Assembly (NCBI GenBank): GCA_024704765.1 | Contig: JAKMXF010000344.1 | Location: forward strand, 77,276 to 141,275 | Direction of reading: 5' to 3' | From: Oopsacas minuta | Lineage: Eukaryota > Animalia > Porifera | Length of the DNA: 64,000 nt | Program-made: the position numbers and the translations under genes | Notes under the pieces: model-generated | Told to the model about the DNA's origin: nothing | Seen by the model: the letters and a program-made list of their open reading frames with translations, nothing else | Databases searched by the model: none | In this document: positions 53,265 through 64,000 of the stretch, piece by piece | Layout: each line of letters opens with the position of its first letter | Position numbering within the stretch: position 1 is the stretch's first letter

Positions 53265-55717
53265 ATTGCTAAGGAGTAAGGAAATATCAGTAAATAATAA
53301 TTGAACTACTGCAAAATGGGTCACAAGATGTATAGCGAGTTGGTAATTGATACAGACAACAAAGCTTGTATCGTGTCCCATAGTTGTGTGATATCAATAT
53401 GGATAAGTGACTAATAATTATCCTCCATATTATTCTGTATCAAAATTATAGTAATAAAATTGTATTTAACATTATGGGTCAATAATAGAATCGACTTGAA
53501 GTAGGGTTGGGGTTAGTTAACCGAATTAAGGAGGCGGTTAAACAGTTTCGATAATAGCGGTTAATTGGTTAAACCGCTGCATCTATTCTTAATACGATCA
53601 ATGATGTTTTGTGACTAGAATTGAAAATATCAATACATAGCTGTTATATATTCATCGTGATGCGATTTTATCTTTCTAAACTATTGAATTTGAGAATACG
53701 GACCGAAAATATAACATCTCATAAATACCGAACTAGCTAAATTCGTGTATGTTTTATTTCGTATCTCTCAAACGCTTCGGAACACTAAACATTTTGATTG
53801 AAATTACACTTTTCGGTTAACCGAGTATCTTTTATCCTAGTTGTTAACTAGCATATAGCGGCGGTTAACTAGTTAACCAACTAACTGAATCCAGCCCCGC
53901 TGTTACTAAATTTCTCAAGGTAGAACTTTAGTCCTGCTAATCCCCAAGAGCTAAAGAAGCACCGGATGGGGGACTATAACCCCCTACTTTGCTGTCATAG
54001 AGTATTATGTCGCACATATACGTATTTCGTTCTCCTATTTGAAGGTGGACATAGTTGAACAGGTTTGCATCCTTGTTTCTATTAGCTTCCGCCGCCACTG
54101 GCTACGCTATGCGTTTCTGTTTTCTTCAGAAATCTCCAGTTTATCATAAACCACCCTGGGCAGGAATTCACATACTTTTTCATACCCTAGATGCGCGTAC
54201 AATTTCTTTCTTATCATTATTTCTTGCCTAAAATTGAGTATGCAACAGTTGAATCGCGTTAATAAATTCCAAAGCGTTCGACGTCAAGTAAACCAGGAAA
54301 TTCTACTTATGTGGTCAGAGTAAAGAGTTTTTGCTACATTGCAGACATGTTTATAAATGAACCATAAATTTTCTTATGCATTTTCCTCTAAAGTGTCCTT
54401 CTCATCCTACAAAGATTCTTTTGCGATTTGCAAGAGTATTCATTATTCGTTCTGGTATCGACAATGCTCTAATTCAATGTCAAATAATCGGTCCTATGTT
54501 ATTATATTCTGGCTTAAGTGGTGGACACTGTTTGTGGTTTTTAAAGGAATGTTGATTATTGAAGAGGTATCAAGAACGCTCATGTGGAGTGCCTTTAAAA
54601 TTCAACAATCTACTTGTAAGGCATCAACTTCGCCTATCATTGTTTACTATCCAAGAATAAGATATCAATTTTCCGAGAAAACTTTGCTAAGTGTAATTGA
54701 GTTAACTTCTTATAAGTTTTCAGGTGTCTTACCTGGTTTCGCAGTTCAATATGATTCAGCACGAATCTGATGCTCGATCAGAACTGTGCAGATATTTATT
54801 GTATTTATGAAGATTGTCTAAAAAAATTATAAACATGGTATCTGTTCACAGAGAGGTAAACTGGGATCTTCATGTTGCTATTGTTTAGTACTCAAATACC
54901 ATCTTTATAGAAGTTGATCTGTTAAATTTTCTCCGGTATGGAACTTGGTACCTGGCTCAGAATGAGGTCCTTGAGGTCAAGCATCCCTTCATTTACAAGC
55001 TTCTAACGGAGCACACGCAGTCTTAAGTATAGCACTCTAGTTGACAATACTTGTCATATATTTGCCCAAATATCGCGGCTATTAGATCTCTTTTTCTTGC
55101 AAGGCGAATCCGTTCAGTGTGACTACACATGTGCCACTCCATAATATCATATCATATCAAATGAATTGACTAATCCAGCTGTTACAATTCGTATTCTTGT
55201 CCGCTTACAAATGGTGAAAGGGTCTTTAGTAAATAATGGTAGAGAGATTCTCTACGATTATGAAGTTAGCACAGGATGCGACTGAGCATAGTTGAATTTG
55301 AATTATATGCCCTTTCCATTATTTGATTAGGCTAGAGATTTCAGAACAAATAGAAGACATAGGCACGTTTATGAATATCCAAAAATATTTTCTTACAAAT
55401 TTTTCTGATAAATTTTTTGAGCGTGTTTTTAGAAAAAGAACAATTGAATAATTTTGAGCTGAGAAAATTTGTCTTGAACTCGTGAACAATAATGGAAACT
55501 TACGACTGGTTATAGCACACTCTCAGTGTATTTGGCTGCTAACAAATCGCCAAACTTGTGGTAAAATATATGTGACCAACATAATGATGTTTCTCGAATT
55601 TGCCTCTTCTAAAATGTAAATATATGAGTGAATATAATTATTATAATAACAATGTATATACAAGTTGTACGAAAGTCTTGTCGGGTATGATTGACTAATG
55701 AAAGATTCGATTATCTA

Positions 55718-57044
55718 CAGGGTATCTCAAAAGTTTTTCACCTTATCCATCAAGTCAGTAAATTGTATTTAATGTATAGAATCATTAGACTATTTGCCAA
55801 TGTATTTACCGTTAAATTTGATACAAGAATTAATGCGGTTTGGCATTGCATCGATTAAATTCTGGAGAATCGATGGGCTAATACCGCTCCAGATATTTTC
55901 CAAGATTTTCGCGAGTTGTTTTAGATTAGTAGTGGGCTTCCTATTGTCCAGCCCTTCCTGTATAATGGCCCACAGATTCAAATCTGGCGAGTTACTAGGC
56001 CAGATATCTTTCGCCCAGAATCCTGGTAAACGATCAGAAAGCCACTTCTGTATCTTTATAGCAGTATGAGCAGGGGCTCCATCCTGTATAAAATAAGTGT
56101 CGGAAATCTTTCGATACAATTTCCTCTGAGTCAGGGGGCCCTCTCATCTTCTTACGTTTATAGGTAGGAAGACAGCACTTTTCCAGGGTTTCATTGATAT
56201 AATAGTCCGCATTTACAGATTGTCTTGGAGAGATTAGATGGAGTTCTTATAGTCCCCGATGACTCATCATTCCCCAAACCATTTATCTTGGAGGATTTTT
56301 AACCATTTCAACTGGAGTGATATCACGCGAACTGACGTCCCAAATCCGATCATTCTGTGAATTTGTAGGTTGAAAAAGCTCAAAGAGGCTTTCATCACTG
56401 AAGAAAATTCGCACCCAATCAAGTAAAGTCCAAGATTTATTCTCAAGACAGAACTTGATCCTTTTAGACTTTGTACTTCCGTCAATATAGGGTTGATGGC
56501 CGTTTATACGCTTTAGCCCCAATAGAATTATGTAAAACACGGTGAACTGTATCTTACTAATAGAAACATATTTACTTGAAATATATTTCGCCAATTTCCG
56601 AGTTGAATGCCATCGTTTGCCTATCGATTTCGAATTATTATTTTCGGGACCGGACAACTTTCGGCGGACGTCCAGAACGAGGTTTGTCATTGAGCATTTC
56701 TTCAGCTTTTTGCTTTTTGTTTCAATTCTTTACGGTTCGAATTGTGACTCCAAGTGTGTCAGCAACTGTTCTTTGAGTGGAACCAGCTAGTAGCATACCT
56801 ATCGCTCTCTTGCGGATGGATAATCTTGTCATTTTGACATCCATAATATTGAAATTTGATACTTATACAAAGTTTCGCAAAATGAATCACAAAATTAAAT
56901 ATTTGATACTACTCATGATTGAGAACATTAGCCAACTATAAATTGACAATACTAAAATAAATGGCTAGGTAGTAAATGAAGTAGGCTGATTTCTGTTCAA
57001 TTATATTGAAATACTAATGGTGAAAAAACTTTTGAGACACCCTT
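55718..57044 (-). mobile_element. Tc1-like element, TRT-like DD37E, defective
   Basis: TIRs cagggtatctcaaaagtttttcacc / (a)agggtgtctcaaaagttttttcacc with TA flanks. Motifs FFSDESLF and FIQDGAPAH...WPSNSPDLN-LW (PIEN missing). Confidence 0.88.
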
Positions 57045-58456
57045 TACAAACGCAACAATGATCTACTTCATGTTTAGGTTAAAAATCCTGGTCAGACATT
57101 GACCCATTGATCTTAGAAAATTTAGTGGCTAGCATACCATCTAGGATGCAAAGCGTGATTGATAGAGATGGAGATTACATATGCAAATAGTTAATACTAC
57201 ACTCAAATGTTTATACTTTCTAGATCAAATTTAATATCCCGACAAGACTTTCGTTATACTATGTATAAGAAAGATATTTACTATATCATATTCACTTATG
57301 TCATTCAGGAAAGTAAAGAGAAATGTGTTTGTGCACTTGTGGTCTCGGTTAAACATCTTGTGAGTATCTTTGTGCACACGTGTCAAATAGGTACCATTTG
57401 GATATGCTTTGCTAAGATATCCTAAATAGTTTAATCATATAAGATAGACCCAAAGAGGTACATGTATTGTGCTAGTACCTTTAGGCTGTTGAGACGGTTC
57501 AATAAAATTCGCAAGAAAACCTATAGATCTTCTCAATCTGAAAGAATGTTTGTATGCTTTTCAATACTTGTAGTTTCCTGGATAAATATTTCTGATAACA
57601 TACCGATGTATGCACTTTTTTGTTGTCTGCAACTTCTGAATCTAGTTTCGATGGTCTTTTCAGCTTTCGTTCCAGATGACTTATGTGGGGTTCAAAGTAT
57701 GGGCGAACTTTATGAATAGGAACACGTTTTTCTCGCTTTTACCAACCACAGTCGTGAGAATAATGATGTTTTCCCCAGATACCCTTTTTACCATGTATGG
57801 GCCTAAGTATTTGTGCTGTCTTTTGGTGTTTGGTGTATTCTTCATCTTGGGAATATTCGTATAAATATTCATATCCCCTTAACAATATGTTTCCTAAATG
57901 GATGATTATACATAATCAATACATATAGATAGTATGACAATATAATATATTGATTTGTACATGCAAAGCACACCTGTTCTCAGTCACTTTTTTAAAAATC
58001 ATATTGACTTTTCTGCTTCACTGTTCTGAAGCAATTGATTGAGGCGTAGAACCATTATGTTACATCTCTCTTCTTCCTCCTCTGTAAAATTTTCCTCAGG
58101 TGTTTAGCTTGCGTTATTGACAACTGGGAGAACAAATTCGTACGTGATTCCCTTCCCACATGATTTGAAAGGAGTGTGGCCTGTAGATCTCTTCTTCGTA
58201 CTGAACATGGACAATATGGCAGAATTTAGAAGAATTGGCTACTCCTTTGAAGTCTAACGGCCCATTTTTGTTCAATCTCCTACATCAAACGAATTTGGTC
58301 TAAAAACTCAAACTAATCGATTTCAATACTCAGTCAATTTCCTCACATTCTAGGATTTTAATTTGTGCCTCAACTAAACCATTAGCCTATGGATGGTAAA
58401 CCCGAGTGCTTTTGTTATCGATTCCAAGATTACGATTGAATTCTTGAAGTATCTTA

Positions 58457-59762
58457 CAGGGTGGTCAATAATTTCTGATCCATTGATAAAAATTCACAAT
58501 TCCAAAAATATCAAACTATATTCACTGAGATTTATTCCATTTCTATTGAATAACTATATCAATACATTCGATAGTAGCTACTGGATCTAACCGCCATTCT
58601 TTTCGACTACCCTCTTCAAACGTTGGGGGAACGCCTCAACGGCGGATCGTAGGTTATCCTGTGGATTTTTTCCCACTCACGATGCAAAGACATATTCAGA
58701 GCTTCCATACTTGAATGTGACTTTGCACAGACATTTTTCGCCAATATGGACCAGATTGAGAAGTCCATTGGGTTCAAATCTAGGCTTGATGGAGACCATT
58801 CCTCCTTGGTAATGAAATCCAGAATGTTTTCTCGCAACCAATTTTGGGAGATGTTTGATGTGTGAGTCGGTGTGCTGTCTTGCTGGAATAGAAATGGCTC
58901 TATGTTAAACATCGTTTTGCTCAAATCTTTCACCACAGGCTCCAGAATCAACTTTTGATATGTTGACGGATTTACTTTTACCCCTACTGGGAGAAAAACC
59001 AATGGAGTACGGCCTTTAGCTGAGATTCCGGCACAAAACATCACCGACTGAGGTTTTTGAGTCCGCTTGACATACAGATGCTTTTCTGTGATGCTCGAAG
59101 ACGTATGGGCTAATATTCGATCATTCTGCTTATTAGTCGCATTTTCTATGGTGATTAATTTCTCGTCAGAAAATATGATATTTTCCAAGAGGTGAGTTGT
59201 GAGCCGTGTCAGCATGCCCTTACTTCTGGCAAGTCTCTTTTTCACAATTTTCTGAGAAAGGAAGTGAACTGTTCTTCTTTTAAGAGATTTGAGGGGCATG
59301 TCGTTTGTACAAGGTTTTGCATCGATCCATGTGAAACTTTGAGCTCAGAGGTCATTTCCGGAGAGATCGTCGAGGATTTCGCCGTATTCTATAGATCACA
59401 ACTTTTTTCAGCCCTGGAGTTGTTACCGTCTTTGGTCGACCGCTTCTTGGCATATTTTTTATGCCCCCAGTCTTATTGTAACGTTGGATAGTGTGGTCAA
59501 TAATTTTCCTTCTCGATTTAGGGATATGGAGCAGTTTCAAAATTTCTCCTGGACGTTTTCCATTAGAAAATAGTTCAATTATTGCTGCTATTTCCTGATT
59601 CGTTATGAGAAAACTCTCGTGTGGGCTAATATGCAATCAAGGTGTTAGATGATGGTAGATAACTTGTCTACCCAAGATATAATTCATTAGAAATAGCGAA
59701 TACTTACATATCTTACATTATGGCAGGTATTTAATTTGGGTCAGAACTTATTGGCCACCCTA
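58457..59762 (-). mobile_element. maT (DD37D) element, second family, decayed
   Basis: TIRs cagggtggtcaataatttctgatcc / tagggtggccaataagttctgaccc. Motifs IFSDEKL and FQQDSTPTH...DLNPMDF with 37-residue spacing. The right boundary is uncertain by 1-2 nt. Confidence 0.85.
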
Positions 59763-60545
59763 TCGACCAACAAATTTTGATAATATATTTATAGTACTAA
59801 GTACTCACCACTTTACGTTGCTCGTAAATTCATTCCCTTGATCATGTTGGATTATTATTGGCACACCTACTTCGAAGTATATATCTTGGAGCGTCGATCT
59901 AACCTCTTTTGAAGTATTTTTTTCAGATTGCTTTCTAAAACATATTTGCTTAAGTAACACACGGTTACTATGATATGTTTTTATCCTTCTGTAGTAATGG
60001 GAAGGTCATACACAAGGTCCTTCCTATATGCACCCTGGGATGGTTAGGAGGTGAAATTGGATGCAATTCTTCCTGTGGTGCTTATGGCAATGCAGCAGTC
60101 CGCTAATAGACATCACAAGTTTTCAACTTTAAACGAAATGGGGTAGTTAGTATGTAATGCGGTAATTTTGGTCTAATGTACAAACTACTCACTTATTCAT
60201 TTATTTCCGCTTCCATTCCCTTCCACATGAAATATCTTTGACTGGAAATAGAAGTAGTGTTAATTCCAGGATGGCCAACCTGGTCTTGGAACGTCTGGAA
60301 TATCTCTTTTATTTGATTTATCCTCAGAATCGTGACTTGGGAATGGCTGCCATCAATATTGACTGTCTAAAAACGATTTCGATAGTTTCCATCACTTAAT
60401 CTCAAAGGAAAATATCTACAATTTAATCGCTCAGTTTTAAAATTTAGTTTAATTCTACTCCTTCCATCAGCCGTATAAATTATAATGAATGTATTATTAA
60501 ATATCAAAGTTTTGAATTTACCTTGTGTAGTTCTTCTGCTTCGAT

Positions 60546-63468
60546 CACGGGTAACTGAAAAAACATTATGACAAAAAAATGAGGTCGTTGAGATTTTTTC
60601 ACTTTCTTATACAGAATTTTATGAGGAATCCGAATATACGCTCCAAAAAATTTTCCTACCATTAAAATTTTTTGGCAGATATATCTAAAAATTTATGAAA
60701 TCAAAAACATTCTGGCTACAATACTTTTAACATATCCCCATTTTTAGTATATTATCGTGATTCTTCGCTGATATACTTCTTTCTAGAATTCAATTTAATT
60801 ACTAGTTACCTAATAGAATTGCTGTTTTTAACGAATTCCTATCCAAAATGTCATTACCATGGCAACAAAATGAAACGTAGGAATTTACGCAATAGTTTTC
60901 AATCTAGCTAAGTAGTCCTTGTATGATATTACATTTAGGATATATACGTGTAATTATTGATGCTTAACCTTAACTTAACCAATTATTTTTATTCCAAATA
61001 TAGTGTAATGTAGAACATGACCTAGTTTATCATACTATGATTTATTTATGAAATTGACGAAGTTAACATCTGATACTGTGTTTAATAAGCACTCTGGAAA
61101 TTTTTCATTTTCCTCTTGACATTTATATTTTGTTTCCCAAACTCTGCCAAATCTAGAATGGGCAGATTCAAATGCTTGTTCTGAAACTGATCCTAAACCC
61201 ATTCCATCTGGAAGATAGTTCGTGATAAACGGAATTAGGTGCCTACATAGAACATGAACTTTTGTAGAGCAAGAAAGTCCTGATTGTTTAAATGATTGTT
61301 CAAAATGATATACTGCCATTTTGAAATCTCCCTTTATGTGTTTCCCGAAGCAAGAATCAACAACATCCCTGAATTTTACAAGTGTGATATAAGACGAATT
61401 ACTCTTTGGAAACCCGAGTTCCAATACCTCCTTTGTGATTTTTCTCATTGCATTACCTTCAAATGCTCCTCCATTGTAAGCACTTCTATGAATATTCAGT
61501 TTTTTTAGTATTGCTTCATGGTGTTCTTTTTCGTCCTCAGACATTGTGATGAGGATGGCATCGTATAACTTCTGTCCTATCCCAAGTAACAGATGTAACT
61601 CGGGAAGATTAAACATTTGCATGAAATCTACCAGCCATACATTTAGTGCTTGGCGATCCTCAATACCATCGCAGTCAATTGCATGATTCTTAGAATCTCC
61701 CTGATACATATCTTGAAGATTTTGAAACATCTCTAGATGGTGAGCAGATGATCGTTCTTCCCACTGAACACTGTCTAAACCCCTTCTATTGTCCCAAGTA
61801 CACCATATACAAGGGTGACGTCCGTTCATTATTCCCAAGCAATAACTAGCAGCCTTCAAATCTACCGTAAATGAAACGTTGTATTCTTCCATCAGCCGTT
61901 TTATCTGGTCATCTTGAAGCATAACGGAGAAGTTATAATTACACTCAGGGGCACTCGTAACCCATAGATAAACCAGCTTATCGACAGAATTATCATCCTG
62001 TAGACACATAAGTAGTTTACTGAAACCACGACCAAAGTCTAATCCAAGCTTGAAATGAAGATCATGTACCGATATTTCTCCGCTGATATTAAAGATCTTT
62101 TCTATCAGGGCATCGATATTGCAACATCTCACTATCCAGGAGTTCCTAAATTCTGACTTGTATTTCTCTTTACTATAGTCCAGCTCAATCTGGATGCATT
62201 CGAATATTTCGTCGCACAACAAATGTCGTTCTCTATAGTAGCTATCCATTGATGGACATGGTGCTCCAACATCTCTAATAATTCGAGTTACTACCTTTAA
62301 CTGCTTATTAGACAATGACATTCCTGAACACTTCAAATTCGTGATGTGAGAGAAATCCATTTTTGGTACTTTAGCTGGACGTTCGTCAGTACTGGAAAGG
62401 AGATAGAAAGATGAAACGGATTCCCACCTGAAGTTTTGGGCAAATGAATTGAAGATTTGTTGTGGCTGCATTCATGTAATCTTTGGTATACATTATCACC
62501 AACAATGTATCAATAGCGTTATGGTGTTCCAACATATTATGTGCGTTGGTAATCAATGTCTTTTTCAAACAGATATGACTAACTCCAGGACTAACACGAC
62601 TGGCACATTTGTTACATATCTTGATCGTCTTTTGAGGTGAATTGATTGTTGGTCTTCCTGGCTTTATATGAATTATCGAAGATGAAGCTTGATTCTTGCG
62701 ACCGAACCTGGAACTCTCGGTACACATTGAACATAAGTTCCCAATGCGGCAGGTATTTAAGCGCGTGTTACGAATTAAGGGCCAATCATATCGTGCGGGT
62801 GTTTTCCTCGTCGTATCCCCTGAGGACAGAGTAAACAAGTAGGGCTTACAAGTATTACACACGATATAAGGGCGATTATCTTCTAAAATATTGATTGGTC
62901 CCAAATATTGGTTGTATAATTCACCTAACTTTGTGTCCTTTAGGTGATTATTCCTCAAAACAATTTTGCCAACTTTCGAACAACACCAGCGACAAATTCT
63001 AGTTTTTGCATGTTCATGTTTCGTTTCTTCACTCATTTGCTTTACCTGAATTAATCAATAATTACACGTATATATCCTAAATGTAATATCATACAAGTAC
63101 TACTTAGCTAGATTGAAAACTATTGCGTAAATTCCTACGTTTCATTTTGTTGCCATGGTAATGACATTTTGGATAGGAATTCGTTAAAAACAGCAATTCT
63201 ATTAGGTAACTAGTAATTAAATTGAATTCTAGAAAGAAGTATATCAGCGAAGAATCATGATAATATACTAAAAATGGAGATATGTTAAAATTATTGTAGC
63301 CAGAATTTTTTGATTTCATAAATTTTTGTATAATCTGTAAAACAATTTTAATGGTAGGAAAATTTTTGGCAGCGTATATTCGGATTCCTCATAAAATTCT
63401 GTATAAGAAAGTGAAAAAATCTCAACGACCTCATTTTTTTTGTCGTAATGTTTTTTCAGTTACCCTTG
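60546..63468 (-). mobile_element. Complete Chapaev transposon with ~415-bp TIRs
   Basis: TIRs at 60546-60961 and 63054-63468 (CACGGGTAAC / CAAGGGTAAC) and a perfect 4-bp TSD CGAT (60542-45, 63469-72). Confidence 0.92.
61035..63036 (-). pseudogene. Chapaev transposase with two 1-nt frameshifts
   Basis: Cys-rich N-terminus (ICRWC...VCNTC...CSMC, KPGRP, CNKC..HIC). The catalytic part has GLDFGRG, VDLK, HPCIWC, PELHLLLG, FEGN, KVHVLCRH and SEQAFESAH. Confidence 0.85.
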
Positions 63469-63656
63469 CGATGAAGAAACTTGTTGCTTTCGCTTTAAGT
63501 TCCATCAAGCCCTTGATGTAGGTATTTCTGGTGGAATAGAGCCATCTTGCAGAAACTTAAACATTTTACCAAATTCTTTTGACTCCATGGAAAACTTTCG
63601 CTAAATTTTATAAAATACTTGGTAAATAATTATGTAAAATAGAAAGTAGAAATGTA

Positions 63657-64000
63657 CAAAGGGATTTCAAGTAGTTCGTAACCCTAGCTATTGCTATTAA
63701 TGTTTAACCACATGTATTTACTATTTGCCTCTAATTTATAGCTTAGATTTTCGTCTATTTAGGACACTATACTTTGTGGAAATTGATCTAATATTTTTTG
63801 AGATACACCCTTTTGAAGATAGGTTATAGCAACCACAGAGGAATTTATGGCTTCAAAATCTGATGAATTTCTACTTGAACAAAGAGCATACATCAAAATA
63901 CGCTCATTACTCGGCGATATGCCAAGGAATATCCACCAAGATTTAGTACAGGTATATGGTGGGGAGGTCTGTTCGGAATCAACCGTTAAGAAGTGGAGTC
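63657..64000 (+). mobile_element. 5' end of a mariner element, cut by the window edge
   Basis: An ORF from 63847 reads MASKSDEFLLEQRAYIKIRSLLG...IHQDLVQVYG...STVKKW, the mariner N-terminal HTH pattern. The TIR start after TA at 63655-56 is tentative. Confidence 0.75.

Larger units (their letters stand above)
57500..63610 (-). mobile_element. Intron-containing Ginger/GIN-type integrase element, interrupted by maT and Chapaev insertions
   Basis: Ordered fragments on the - strand: FLQDGSIPP...KAKATSFFIEAEELHK (across the Chapaev site), GHPGINTT..RYFMWKGM, KTCDV, GVPIIIQHDQGNEFTSN, YHP*ANGLVE, STGHTPF and YLGPYMV. GT-AG introns lie between them. Boundaries are approximate. Confidence 0.75.

Noticed and set aside
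53502-53899. ggttaac-rich element with TIR-like ends
   Set aside because: Probably a hAT-type MITE, but the ends match poorly and there is no TSD.
54935-55025. EVKHPFIYKL as a PKC kinase-domain exon
   Set aside because: The C1a/C1b exons that must precede it are absent, there are no neighbouring kinase motifs, and a stop follows without a convincing donor.
21507-60110. Alternative genetic code (TAG as sense) suggested by several in-frame TAGs
   Set aside because: The TAGs replace different residues (Q, K), occur with TGA/TAA stops and frameshifts, and fit ordinary decay such as CAG to TAG.
62394-62429. 36-nt GT-AG intron joining the Chapaev ORFs
   Set aside because: Its length is a multiple of 3, so splicing still hits TGA, and it would remove the transposase-like SGGNPF segment.
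1-64000. CRISPR arrays, tRNA/rRNA genes, prokaryotic operons
   Set aside because: No regularly spaced repeats or RNA-gene signatures were seen. Spliceosomal introns show the DNA is eukaryotic, and most short ORFs in the track are antisense shadows of transposases.

Overview
AT-rich eukaryotic (animal) genomic DNA. The one host gene I can recognise is a novel protein kinase C of the delta/theta type on the + strand. It has two coding exons here: 3367-3723 (C2-like domain) and 24227-24454 (RRGAIK pseudosubstrate plus the first half of C1a). They are separated by a 20.5-kb intron, and I found no further exon in the remaining ~39.5 kb. Most of the rest that I could identify is decayed and nested cut-and-paste DNA transposons, most delimited by TIRs and target-site duplications read from the sequence. 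These are: Tc1/mariner elements of five catalytic classes (DD34D, DD34E, DD37D/maT, TRT-like DD37E, ITmD37E-like DD37E); four Chapaev3-type elements with TWA TSDs; one classic Chapaev with ~415-bp TIRs and a CGAT TSD; a Transib; an intron-containing Ginger-type integrase element interrupted by two later insertions; and a KRBA2/SCAND3-type integrase, a THAP/P-like remnant, hAT elements and MITEs. The best candidate for something new is the Transib at 9622-12019. It has RSS-heptamer (CACAGTG) ends, a second shared 12-bp motif at unequal spacing (14 vs 23 bp after the heptamer), and a segment resembling the RAG1 nonamer-binding domain. All family assignments come from motif recognition by eye; no database search was run.
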